The notes under the pieces were generated by a model. That model worked only from the letters and a program-made list of their open reading frames with translations. It was not told where the DNA came from and searched no databases. The translations under genes were made by a program, and so were the position numbers. A stretch of 18,887 nt of DNA from Fonticula alba ATCC 38817 (Eukaryota; Protista; Nucleariida), in the NCBI GenBank assembly GCA_000388065.2, contig KB932204.1; one strand, 5' to 3'. Of the stretch, positions 1 to 12,371 are shown one piece after another; within the stretch, counting starts at the first letter, position 1; every line of letters begins with the position of its first letter.

Positions 1-402
1 CCCCCGCCGGTCCCCCCTCCCCCACATCTCCCAGCCACGTACGTCCCATCCCTCTCCGCGGTCGCCCATTCGTTCGCCCTGTCATGTGGCGCCTCTGCCA
101 TGAGCCTCGCCACCCTGGCCACGCGCGGCCGGTCGAAGCCGGCATGCTTGCCGCTGCTGCTGCTGACATCTTCCACCGATCCCCCTGCTGCCCTGTCTGC
201 CGGCATCGCCAGATCGACGCGCCGGCTCCATTGTTGTGCGGTCGCCCCCCCCCTTCTCCCTTCCCCCTTCCCCCCCTCTCCCCTCCCTGTGCTCGCGCCT
301 TCCGCCGCTCGGTTGCTCGCAGCCGCCACATACGAGTCTTCGGTGTAGTCCGCCGATTCCCCGCCCGTCGGTCCCCCCTGCCCCTCCTCCTCTGCGTGCG
401 CC

Positions 403-3338
403 ATGCCCGTCTCCACCCCGGCGGCGCCCAGCACCCTGCTGACCCCCGCCATTAGCCCCGAGGGGCGCGCCTCGTCCGGGGATGGCGGTGGCGGTGGCGG
501 CGGTGGCGGCGGCGGCGGCAACGGCAGCGGCGGCGGCGGCGGCAACCTGGTCACCACCCTCTCCACGGCCATGATGGTCCCCACGTCGCCGGTGGAGGGG
601 GCCGACTCGACCAGTGGCAGTCCAACCAGCGGCGATGCCGATCACTCGCCTTCCACGGCGCCGAGTTCCTCCCCGCCGGCCAGCAATTCCCCCTCCTCCT
701 CTTCTTCTTCGTCCAGCAGCACCGGGACCGGGGCCAGCGGTGCCAATAGCCGTGCATTGATGGAGCGCACCGACCCTCGGTTCGGGGTAACCCGCGAGCG
801 TCGCGCGCGTATCCCCTGGTCGGATGAGGAGGCCGAGTGCGTTCGGACGTTGCCCCTCCCGCCGCCATGGCCCCTCCCGCCTTCCTGGAATCACCTTCGC
901 CCGGCTTCTGACCCTGCATTTCACTTGCGTTCCCCCCCCCCACAGCGTCGGGTCACCCCGCACCCGGAGACCCTGGGTGTTTCGGTCTGCCCTTCTGTGG
1001 GCTCCCATGGCGCGCGCCCGCGCGTGCGCGGGGCCCGGCCGGATGCCCCTCCCCCCCCCCCCCCCCCCCCCCGCCAGCCCCGGGGAGAGGTTCGGCGAGG
1101 GGTCTGGCGAGGGCCATGCCGCCAACCGCTCCTCCCCAGTCACTGCCACCGGGCCAAGGTGTGCCGACACCACCACCGTCGCTGCCGCCTCTTGCTGCCG
1201 CTCCCGGCCCCCCCCCTCCCCCCTGGACCCCGTTGTGCCCCCCTGANNNNNNNNNNNNNNNNNNNNNNNNNNNNNNNNNNNNNNNNNNNNNNNNNNNNNN
1301 NNNNNNNNNNNNNNNNNNNNNNNNNNNNNNNNNNNNNNNNNNNNNNNNNNNNNNNNNNNNNNNNNNNNNNNNNNNNNNNNNNNNNNNNNNNNNNNNNNNN
1401 NNNNNNNNNNNNNNNNNNNNNNNNNNNNNNNNNNNNNNNNNNNNNNNNNNNNNNNNNNNNNNNNNNNNNNNNNNNNNNNNNNNNNNNNNNNNNNNNNNNN
1501 NNNNNNNNNNNNNNNNNNNNNNNNNNNNNNNNNNNNNNNNNNNNNNNNNNNNNNNNCCCTGCATTTCACTTGCGTTCCCCCCCCCCCCCCCCTTTCGCCC
1601 TACCTGGCACGCAAATAGGCTGCTTACTCGCCTGGTCAAGGAGGTCGGCATTGGTCGGTGGTCGGCCATCCTGCGGAAGGGGCGCCGTGCCACCGACGGC
1701 GAGGAGGGCTCCACCGCATCGCGAGCTTCCTCCGCTCCGCCCGGGGCGGAGGCCACTGCCACGGGCAGCTCCTCCACCACCGGTGCTGCCACCGATGCCA
1801 ACGCCAACCCGGATGATCGGTCGGTCTACTTCCACCCTCGGCGGACATCGGCCGATCTCAAGGACAAGTGGCGCATCATCAACCGCACCGCCAAGTCCTA
1901 CTCCGAGCGCGGTGCGTGCCCGTGGGGGGGGGGGGGGGGGGATCTCCCCCGGCGTTGCTCTTCTCTCCCTGCCTATTTGCTTCCACCTCGCCCCCCATAT
2001 ATCTTGGCTGCGCTGACATCTTTTGCCGTTCGTCCTCCCGTATGCACGCTCTGCCCCTCACCACCTGCACGCATGTGTGTGTAGAGATGCGCCAATTCAT
2101 GCTGCTCGACGAGAACCACCTCCCGCTGTCCACCCCTCGTGGCCACCGCCATGTCTTCCGCAACCGCTTCCCTCGCGATGCGGCCCTCAAGGCGGCCACT
2201 CGAAGCTACTTTTACAACGAGGACTCCGGTATGTTGTTTGTGGTCTTTGTCACGCCCTGCCGGCCCCCCGATCCTGACTTCCCGCCTGCCTTTGCTCCCC
2301 CCCCCCCTCCCCATGCTCACTATCCGTGTTTGTGTTCCTCCCACTTCCGATCGCGGATCACGCATGCAGACTACACCATCATCTATGTTCGGGAGATCTC
2401 GGTCGTCCAGAAGCCGAAGTCCTTTGCTGGTGGCGCCGACGGCGCCGGAAGCGAGGGGGCCACCGGCGACGAGCTGGTTGCCGTGGCTTCCAACAGCCAG
2501 GCCGATATTGTGGCGCAGGAGCGCGACCGCCGCCGCCGGTCGTATGTGCATGTCTTCCGTGGGACACGCACGCGTGAGCGCGTGGCCGACATTGTCCGCT
2601 TCCGTCGCAGTGCCGACCGGGTGCGCCTCTCGCTCGCTCCTTCTCCACCGACTCTCGTTCTTCCTCTTGCGTGCCTGGCTTTTTTCCAGGGCCCGAGAGA
2701 AGCGATTGTCCTTTGTCTCCTGTGACAGCCGCCCTGTCTGACACCGAGGTTTACACCCCCCCCCTCCCCCCCTCCCCCTCTTTCTCTCCCTCGTCACTCG
2801 CGGCACAGATGATGTGGGTCGGCCATGTCACCAAGCTCCGCGAGGAAAAGTACCTCCACTGCACGGATTCGCGCACGGCGACGCCGCCACTTAGCGACAA
2901 GCGTCTGCCGGCTCCGCCGCCGGCCGCCCCGCCGGCCAGCGATCGGTCCATCGAGCAGCTCAACCCCTCGGCGCCGAATGGTGTGCTCGGCGGCCCGGGC
3001 GCCAGTGGCAGCCAGCTGCCGGTCCCGATGCTGGCCAGTGATGTGGTTCGGCTGATGTCGTCCATCGATGCTGGCGGGGCCGGCGGCGCTGGCAATGGCC
3101 CGGGCGGCGTGGTTGTCGGCCCGCCTTCGCACTTGGTGGCCCAGCTGCAGCAGCTCCACCATCATCACCACCCGCATACACACACCGGGGCCCTTCAGGG
3201 GCAGCTGGTCACGGCCAACGGCCAGCAGCTCCATCTGCCGGCCATGCAGCAGCAGGCATCACAGCAGCAGCTCCAGGGAGCTGGGCTGATGGCCACCAGT
3301 CATCCGCACCTGGTCGGCGGCCATGCCCTGCACACCAT

Positions 3339-3374
<36 letters not shown>

Positions 3375-3528
3375 GCAGCAGACCAGTGCCGGGGGCCAGG
3401 GGCACCATTTCCCCTTGCAGGCACAGGCGTCCTTGTCCGGGCACTTGGTGGCCGGTGACAACTCGGCGGCCATGATGGCCAATGCTGCCATGATGGCCGC
3501 TGACATGTCGCGCTTTGGCAACAGTGCT

Positions 3529-3566
<38 letters not shown>

Positions 3567-3854
3567 CCCCTCCACCGGTGGTGGTGGCAGTGGCCTGCTG
3601 GACATGGGTGGCTCGCCGGCCGGTGGTGCCGGTCACGGCGGCCATCCCAATCTCTCTCTCTTCAACGGGCCGAACTGGCTGTCGACCATCTCGCAGCATG
3701 GCAACACGTCGGCCGAGGCACTGTCTCTCCTGTCGCCAAATGGTGGACAGGCGGCCAATGGGAATCTTCTGTCCTCGCATCTGGCCGCGGTGGCGGCGGC
3801 GGCGTCATCCAACGGCACGGCCGGTGATGGGTCCGTTGTGATGGGGCGCCACAT

Positions 3855-3887
<33 letters not shown>

Positions 3888-4014
3888 CCACGGCCCGCAG
3901 CACATCGCGCCCCGGCATGGTGGCCCTCCCGGGCAGCAGCAGCTCCAGCAGCCTGGCCACGGGGGGCAGGTGCACATCCAGCAGCTTGGCGATCAGCAGG
4001 CCCTGTCTTCGCCA

Positions 4015-4053
<39 letters not shown>

Positions 4054-4956
4054 GATGACTACCACCTGACGCCGCTGCATGTGCAGCGCCTGCAAAGCCA
4101 GCAGCAGCAGCAACAGCAGCGCCAGCTCCAGCAGCAGCGCCAGTTGCAGGCCCAGCAGCAGGCCCAGCTCCAGCTCCAGCAGCAGCAGCAGCTTCAGCTT
4201 CAGCAGCAGCAACTTCAGCAGCAGCAGCAGCTCCAGCAGCAGCAGCTCCAGCAGCAGCAGCTCCAGCAGTTCCAGCGCCAGCAGCAGGCCCAGGCCCAGC
4301 AGATCCCGCTGTATCATGGCGGTGGCCATTATGGCGGCGGCGGGAGTCAGCAGCAGCAGCCGCCGCCACCGCAACAGGGCGGGCTCTATGAGCAGGCCCA
4401 GCAGTCGCAACATTCACAGCAACAGCAGCAGCAGCATCACCAGCAGCAGCAGCAGCAGCAGCACCACCACCAGCAGGGCGCCTATGGCAGCCAGGCCGGG
4501 CTTGCTCTGCACCAGGGCGGTGCAACCCCCCAGCAGCAACAGCACGGTGGCTTTTCCCTGATCAACACCTCCAGCCCCTCGGTCAATGCCATCGAGGCCA
4601 CCCTTGCCGGTGGCGGCGGCGGCGGCGGCGGCGGGGCCAGCCACTCGGACGCGGCCAGCCTGATGTCCGTGCGCTATGGCGGCCTGACGCAGCAGTCGCT
4701 CATGGGCTTGTCGGGTGGTGCTGGCGGTGGCGGCGGCGGCGGTGATCCGGCCGGGGTGCTTTTGCGCCTCCCTCAAACTGGCGGCGCCACCGGGGGCGGG
4801 GACATGCCTCCCTCGGCCATCCCCAACTCGGCGGTCTTTGCGGCGGTCTTCCAGAACAACAACAACATGCCCACCGGGGCTGGCGCCGGGTCGGTGGCCG
4901 TGCAGCCTCAGTCGCTGGCTGGTGCGATGGCCACCACGGCCTCCTCCTCCTCGTGA
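403..4956 (+). CDS. Telobox (TRF-like) Myb domain + MC1-like DNA-bending domain + polyQ/His/Gly-rich tail, about 1089 aa. Exons 403-836, 1619-1911, 2085-2228, 2370-2620, 2809-4956
   Basis: Exons joined by hand at GT..AG introns: 837-1618 (phase 2), 1912-2084 (phase 1), 2229-2369 (phase 1), 2621-2808 (phase 0). The CDS totals 3270 nt, open to TGA at 4954-4956. Splicing restores RIPWSDEEAE|LLTRLVKEVGIGRWSAIL...RTSADLKDKWRII and RQFMLLD...VFRNRFPRDAALKAATR...IIYVRE...VHVF. The start at ATG 403 is less certain (upstream ATGs at 84 and 100), and intron 1 spans a gap. Confidence 0.85.
805..1880 (+). other. Single Myb/SANT domain of telobox type, split by intron 1, with an insertion of about 45 aa between helix 2 and helix 3
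   Basis: W-x-x-EE...GxGxWxxI...RTxxDLKDKWR pattern. LKDKWR is the hallmark helix-3 motif of TRF1/TRF2/plant TRB-TRFL telobox domains. Confidence 0.9.
1247..1556. other. Assembly gap (N run) inside intron 1 of gene 1
   Basis: Run of N. The right flank 1557-1586 duplicates 912-941. Confidence 0.98.
2087..2860 (+). other. MC1-like (methanogen chromosomal protein 1) domain spread over exons 3-5
   Basis: Ordered motifs RQFMLLD / HVFRNRFPRDAALKAATR / IIYVRE / VHVFRG / WVGHVTKLREEK. These parallel Methanosarcina MC1 as I recall it: RNFVLRD / GVFTGKQPRQAALKAANR / IIRLRE / KVHVFK / KPFVKKE. Recognised by eye; no HMM was run. Confidence 0.75.
3241..4545 (+). repeat. Coding CAG-dominated polyglutamine tracts interspersed with His/Gly-rich low-complexity sequence
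   Basis: Many (CAG)n runs, for example 3529-3564, 3856-3885, 4015-4050 and 4099-4290, all in the exon 5 frame. Confidence 0.95.
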
Positions 4957-4993
4957 TGGGCGCGCGCGCGCGCGTGAGTGTGCATGCGTGTGT

Positions 4994-5036
4994 CAGTGTG
5001 GGGCAGTGTGGGGCAGTGTGGGGCAGTGTGGGGCAG
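4994..5036 (+). repeat. (GGGCAGTGTG)n 10-mer tandem repeat, about 4 units, forming a G4-N6-G4-N6-G4-N6-G4 motif
   Basis: GGGG runs at 5000-5003, 5010-5013, 5020-5023 and 5030-5033, just 3' of the gene 1 stop codon. Confidence 0.9.
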
Positions 5037-5844
5037 TTGGGTGACGTGCCTGCCTGTGCCTCTTGCTCCGCGCCCCCTGCCCCTTTCCCGCGCCGCCTCT
5101 CTGTCTCTTCTCCCTCGTTCCTTCTGTGCACGCGAGTGTCGGCGGATTCTCCCTCCCTCCCTCCCTCTCTCTCTCTCTCCCTCCCTGCGCGTATGTGGTG
5201 CTCCTCTTCTTCCTTGTTTGGCGGCCTCATGTGAACCGCCTGTCGTGTCACTGTGTCGTCCCCTCCCCCTGCCTCTTCCCCTCTGCCTGCGCCCCCTTAG
5301 ACCTCCCATCCATCCCCCTGCGTACAGGGGATGTTGGTGAGGGGGAGCGTTTGCGCGCGCAGTGCATACACACACACACGACGCAAGACGGGTGGGCCCG
5401 CACGCATCCACGGAGAGAAGCAAGCATCCCGGCTGCCAAGGGCCGGTGAGATTGGCGGGCTAGAAGGCGAGAGACTGCCGTGGTTGGCAGCCTGTCTCCT
5501 CTTTCCCTCCCTCTCCCCTACTTTTGCCACACATGCACCTCGCGGCTCTGTGCCGTGTGCCCTGTTCCTTGTCCTTTGTCTCCTCCCCACTCGTCTGGCT
5601 CCCTCTCTCCCCCCTCCTCCTCCTCTTCTTCTTCTTCTTCTTCTCTCTCTCTCTCTTGCCCCCAAATCACCTCTGGGCACATCTCCTCCCCCCCCCTCCT
5701 CTCTCCCCTGCCTAGTGCCCCCTTATAGATCTCGCACCTTGGCGGGGGTCCTCTGGCCCGGCCTTCTTCCCTTGATACATGCCGTGCTGTGACTTGCCGG
5801 TCGCCAAAAGATGAAACAAGAAAAAGGGCGAGGGAGGTGCTTTG

Positions 5845-5876
5845 CTCTCCCTCCCTCCCTCCCTCCCTCCCTCCCT

Positions 5877-5919
<43 letters not shown>

Positions 5920-5920
5920 C
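5845..5920. repeat. (CCCT)n followed by (CT)n microsatellite
   Basis: Direct inspection. Similar pyrimidine tracts occur at about 5150-5185 and 5610-5655. Confidence 0.9.
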
Positions 5921-6332
5921 CCCTTGCCTGTGGCTTTCCCCGATGAGAAAGCCCCAAACAGGGGCCCACCTGGCCGGCAAGTTGGCAGGCTTCGCGCACA
6001 TCGTGCGCTGCCTTCTCCTTTCCCCTGTTGGTGATGAGCGCATCCCCCCCCCCTCTTTTGTCGGGGGGAACGTGTAGAGAAAAAGCACATCGCCAACCTC
6101 TACCATAAGAGCAAGGAAGGATGTACGCGCATGTGTTGTTTTTCCCTCTCTCTCTCTCTCTCTCCCTCCCTCTGTTCCTCTCTCTCCCCCTCTTCTATAG
6201 ACATTTTCGAAGCCTGCATTGCCCCTCCCTGGTGTACTTGCGTTGGTGTGTGGATGTTTGTTTCCCTCGTCTCCTTTTGCGGGAGGGGGCGGCGGGGCGG
6301 ATGAGCTCTCCCCTTCCGTGGCTCTTTTTTTT

Positions 6333-6472
6333 NNNNNNNNNNNNNNNNNNNNNNNNNNNNNNNNNNNNNNNNNNNNNNNNNNNNNNNNNNNNNNNNNNNN
6401 NNNNNNNNNNNNNNNNNNNNNNNNNNNNNNNNNNNNNNNNNNNNNNNNNNNNNNNNNNNNNNNNNNNNNNNN
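6333..6472. other. Assembly gap
   Basis: N run flanked by T and G homopolymers. Confidence 0.98.
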
Positions 6473-6623
6473 GGGGGGGGGGGTGTGAAGATGCGGGAGA
6501 TCAGAGCCGCGGAGCGAGAGAGAGAGAGAGAGGATCACAGCGAGAAATCGCTTGCGGCGGGGTTCGCGCGCCGATGCAGAGGCCACCGGGGAAAGCGCCA
6601 GGGCAAGGGGGTGGCAGGGGGTT

Positions 6624-6657
<34 letters not shown>

Positions 6658-6904
6658 GGTGAAAATGGGTGATTAATGTCTAGCCCGGTGATGAGTCACT
6701 GTGTGGCCCGCACGGGGCACAGGCGTGGTCGGCACCATTCGCTTTCGCGCGTGAGGGGGAGTATTTTTTTTTCTAATGCACGGATCGGCGAAGGCCACCT
6801 GGATGTGGGAATATGTGTGTGCATTGGGAGTTTCTGGTGCCGAGGCCGGCAGCCGCTGGATGGGGGTAAGGGGGGACGCCCGGTGGCGAACAAACTGGAT
6901 GATG

Positions 6905-6933
6905 GCGTGCGTGCGCGCGCGCGCGCGCGCGCG
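6905..6933. repeat. Alternating (GT/GC)n tract, mostly (CG)n
   Basis: gcgtgcgtgcgcgcgc... read directly. Confidence 0.9.
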
Positions 6934-7177
6934 GGCCCTGCGCGCCAGAAAGGTCGTTCTAACCCTGCACCTAGGGACGCTCGGGTGCCCGTTGCTGCAT
7001 GCGCGCTAGTCGGGCAAACGTTGGGACGGGCTGGTGGGGTGTGTGTAGCGGGAAGCGGGCCGGGCGCCGGGGGGAGGGTACGGCGTGGCGGTGCGGGCTG
7101 GCCCGCGCCCGGACACACGCTCCTCGCTGGGCCGAACCGCGAGGTCGCCGGTGCATCGCGCGATCGACGCGTCGCCG

Positions 7178-7203
7178 GCGCGCGCGCGCGCGCGCGCGCG
7201 CGC
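7178..7203. repeat. (GC)13 dinucleotide tract
   Basis: Direct inspection. Confidence 0.9.
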
Positions 7204-7759
7204 AGGGGGGACCCCGGGGCCCTCTTGCCAAGGGCCTGCCCCAGGGGGTGGGGTGTCCCCCCTCCGGTGGCATCCGTCGCGGGCCTGTGTGCCACCGCGA
7301 GCCCCTTGCGCCAGGCCGGTTAGATGACACCCCGACTTTGGCGGCGGCGGGGGGCCGGGTGGTGGGTGCATGTGCATGCGAGTGGGTGTAAGTGTGTGCG
7401 TGTGCGGGAGCGTGAGCGCGTGCTTGTGCGTGTGCGTGTGCGTGTGCGTGTGAGGGCGGGCTGGCAGGCGGAGTGTGTGTGTGTGTGTGTGTGTGTATCG
7501 GGGGGGGGGGGGGGGGGGGGCCCGGCGCTCCGGGGGGGCCCCCCGGCAAATAGTGCCCAAGGCCCCCGGGGGGGGTCCCCCCCGACCGGCCCTCCGTGTG
7601 TGTGTGTGTGTGTGGCTCCGTTCTGGGTGCGCCGCAACGGTGCCTCGTGCAGTCGGCAATGGCACCTCCCGGGGAATGGTGAGACCGGCGGGTGTTCCAG
7701 CCAATTTTTTCGCCCCCCTCGCGGCCGGCTTGGAAGATGCCGCGCCGGGGCACACGCAC

Positions 7760-7761
<2 letters not shown>

Positions 7762-7808
<47 letters not shown>

Positions 7809-7821
7809 CTCTCTCTCTCTC
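7762..7821. repeat. Compound microsatellite (AC)22 + (TC)n
   Basis: Direct inspection. (TG)n tracts also occur at about 7474-7496 and 7586-7612. Confidence 0.9.
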
Positions 7822-7865
7822 ACATACACACACACCAGCCGCCAGCCTCACGTTGTCCCTCTGTC

Positions 7866-7879
7866 GGATTGGCCAATCC
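7866..7879. promoter_or_regulatory. Palindromic double CCAAT box (GGATTGGCCAATCC), putative promoter element of the KDM4-like gene
   Basis: Perfect 14-bp palindrome about 230 nt upstream of ATG 8111. The function is inferred. Confidence 0.4.
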
Positions 7880-8110
7880 CTCCCTCCCCCTCCCTCTTTC
7901 CCTTCCCCATCCACACCTCCCTCGAAGCCCACCCACCGTAGGCGTGTGCTTTGCATCCGTGCCCTACTCGCTGCGTATCCGGGATCTTCCCTCGTTTACG
8001 TTTGGTCCGGACGATCTAAGCCTCACGTGCACCGGCATCGCCACCGTCACCACTCCTTCGTGCTGTTGCTGGGACCTCCCTCCCAAAACACGCTTCTGTC
8101 CCTCCTCACC

Positions 8111-11407
<3,297 letters not shown>

Positions 11408-11858
11408 TCGGGCCACATGATCAATATATATATCCGATTTTTGTTCTCCCGTTTGGCGCCATTGTCCTGGGCACGCACGGGCCCTCCCCCCGGGCGGCCG
11501 GCCGGACCCACGCACGGGCATACGCACATAGACTCCCGCGCCGGCGCACATACATACATACATACACAGATACATACACACATACATACACACATACATA
11601 CATACACGCGCTTGCGCGCACACACGCACACACGCACATACACGCCCAAGCGCACACAGCGCACATTTGTGCGCCCCTCCCCGTGCAGTCGTTTGGGGGT
11701 CCTTTATCGGGGTCTGCTTTCCCGCAACCCGGTGGCCCGGCCCCCACCCGGGTGTGTAGCCATCGGTGTCCGCCTCGTCCGTCCCTCCTCCCACCTTTGA
11801 TCTTGCCTCCCTGCCTCCGGTCATCGGCCGGCGTCCCCATTGCGTCGATCTTGCCATC

Positions 11859-12371
11859 ATGAATCCCCTGAACGCCTCGTCCTCGGTGCCCGACTCTGCT
11901 CCAGGTGCTGCCCCGGTCAGCACGCCCACGCCCCTGACCGACTCGCGGCTGGATTTCTTCGACACGATGAAGAAGTTCTACCTGGTTGGCAGCGGGTCGT
12001 TGCTCATCACCTTCGGTGTGCTGATCTACGCGGCGCGCAAGAATCGCCAGAGCGCTCAGTCGATCCTGAAGAACGCCACAAACAACAGTGCGCCCTCCTC
12101 CCCACAAAGGACCACTCCCGCCGGCCACTTTCCCCGTGGCGGGGCTCCTCTCGCTTCCCCTGCTCTCCTCCTTCCTCGGCCTCCCGAGTGTAGTTGCCCC
12201 TAACAACACGCCGTTCTTCTTTCGGGCTTTGGCCTGTGCACGCTCTCATCCCCCCCTCCCCCCTGATCCCGCTCCTTGGGGCTCTTCTCCTCCGAAATAG
12301 GCTTCACCCACTCGAAGAAGGCGCCAGCCGGGCAGCGCTTTGTTGCTTCGTCTCCCAGCCAGAAGAAGTAG
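11859..12371 (+). CDS. Small single-pass membrane protein of unknown family, 99 aa. Exons 11859-12087, 12301-12371
   Basis: ATG in gccatcATG context. Hydrophobic segment FYLVGSGSLLITFGVLIYAA followed by basic RKNRQ. Donor GTGCGC at 12088 and acceptor ...ctcctccgaaatag at 12300 (phase 1) lead to FTHSKKAPAGQRFVASSPSQKK-stop. No family recognised. Confidence 0.7.

Noticed and set aside
84-402. Upstream ATGs at 84 and 100 as an extra 5' coding exon of gene 1
   Set aside because: ATG 100 is in frame with 403 but stops at 346-348. The best donor (GTGCGG at 236) gives no stop-free, phase-compatible acceptor. A GTCGCC donor at 241 with the acceptor at 348 would work but is atypical. Left unresolved; it may be a uORF or a UTR intron.
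2690-2748. Possible mini-exon inside intron 4 of gene 1
   Set aside because: The acceptor at 2689 reads into TGA at 2723-2725, and the acceptor at 2728 with the donor at 2749 breaks phase. The direct 2620-2809 join keeps the frame and the MC1-like C-terminal strand.
3259-4776. Long antisense poly-Leu/poly-Ala/poly-Cys ORFs
   Set aside because: They are shadows of the CAG repeats of the real exon.
5932-5954. GGCTTTC-CCCGATGA-GAAAGCC hairpin resembling a hammerhead core (CUGAUGA...GAAA)
   Set aside because: It has CCGATGA rather than CTGATGA, no stem II between the two motifs, and no cleavage-site helix.
6686-6760. GTGATGA as a snoRNA C box
   Set aside because: There is no downstream CTGA D box at a suitable distance and no terminal stem.
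5297-7956. Numerous 100-300 aa ORFs in the intergenic region
   Set aside because: They are translations of microsatellites, G/C runs and Ns, with no domain signal.
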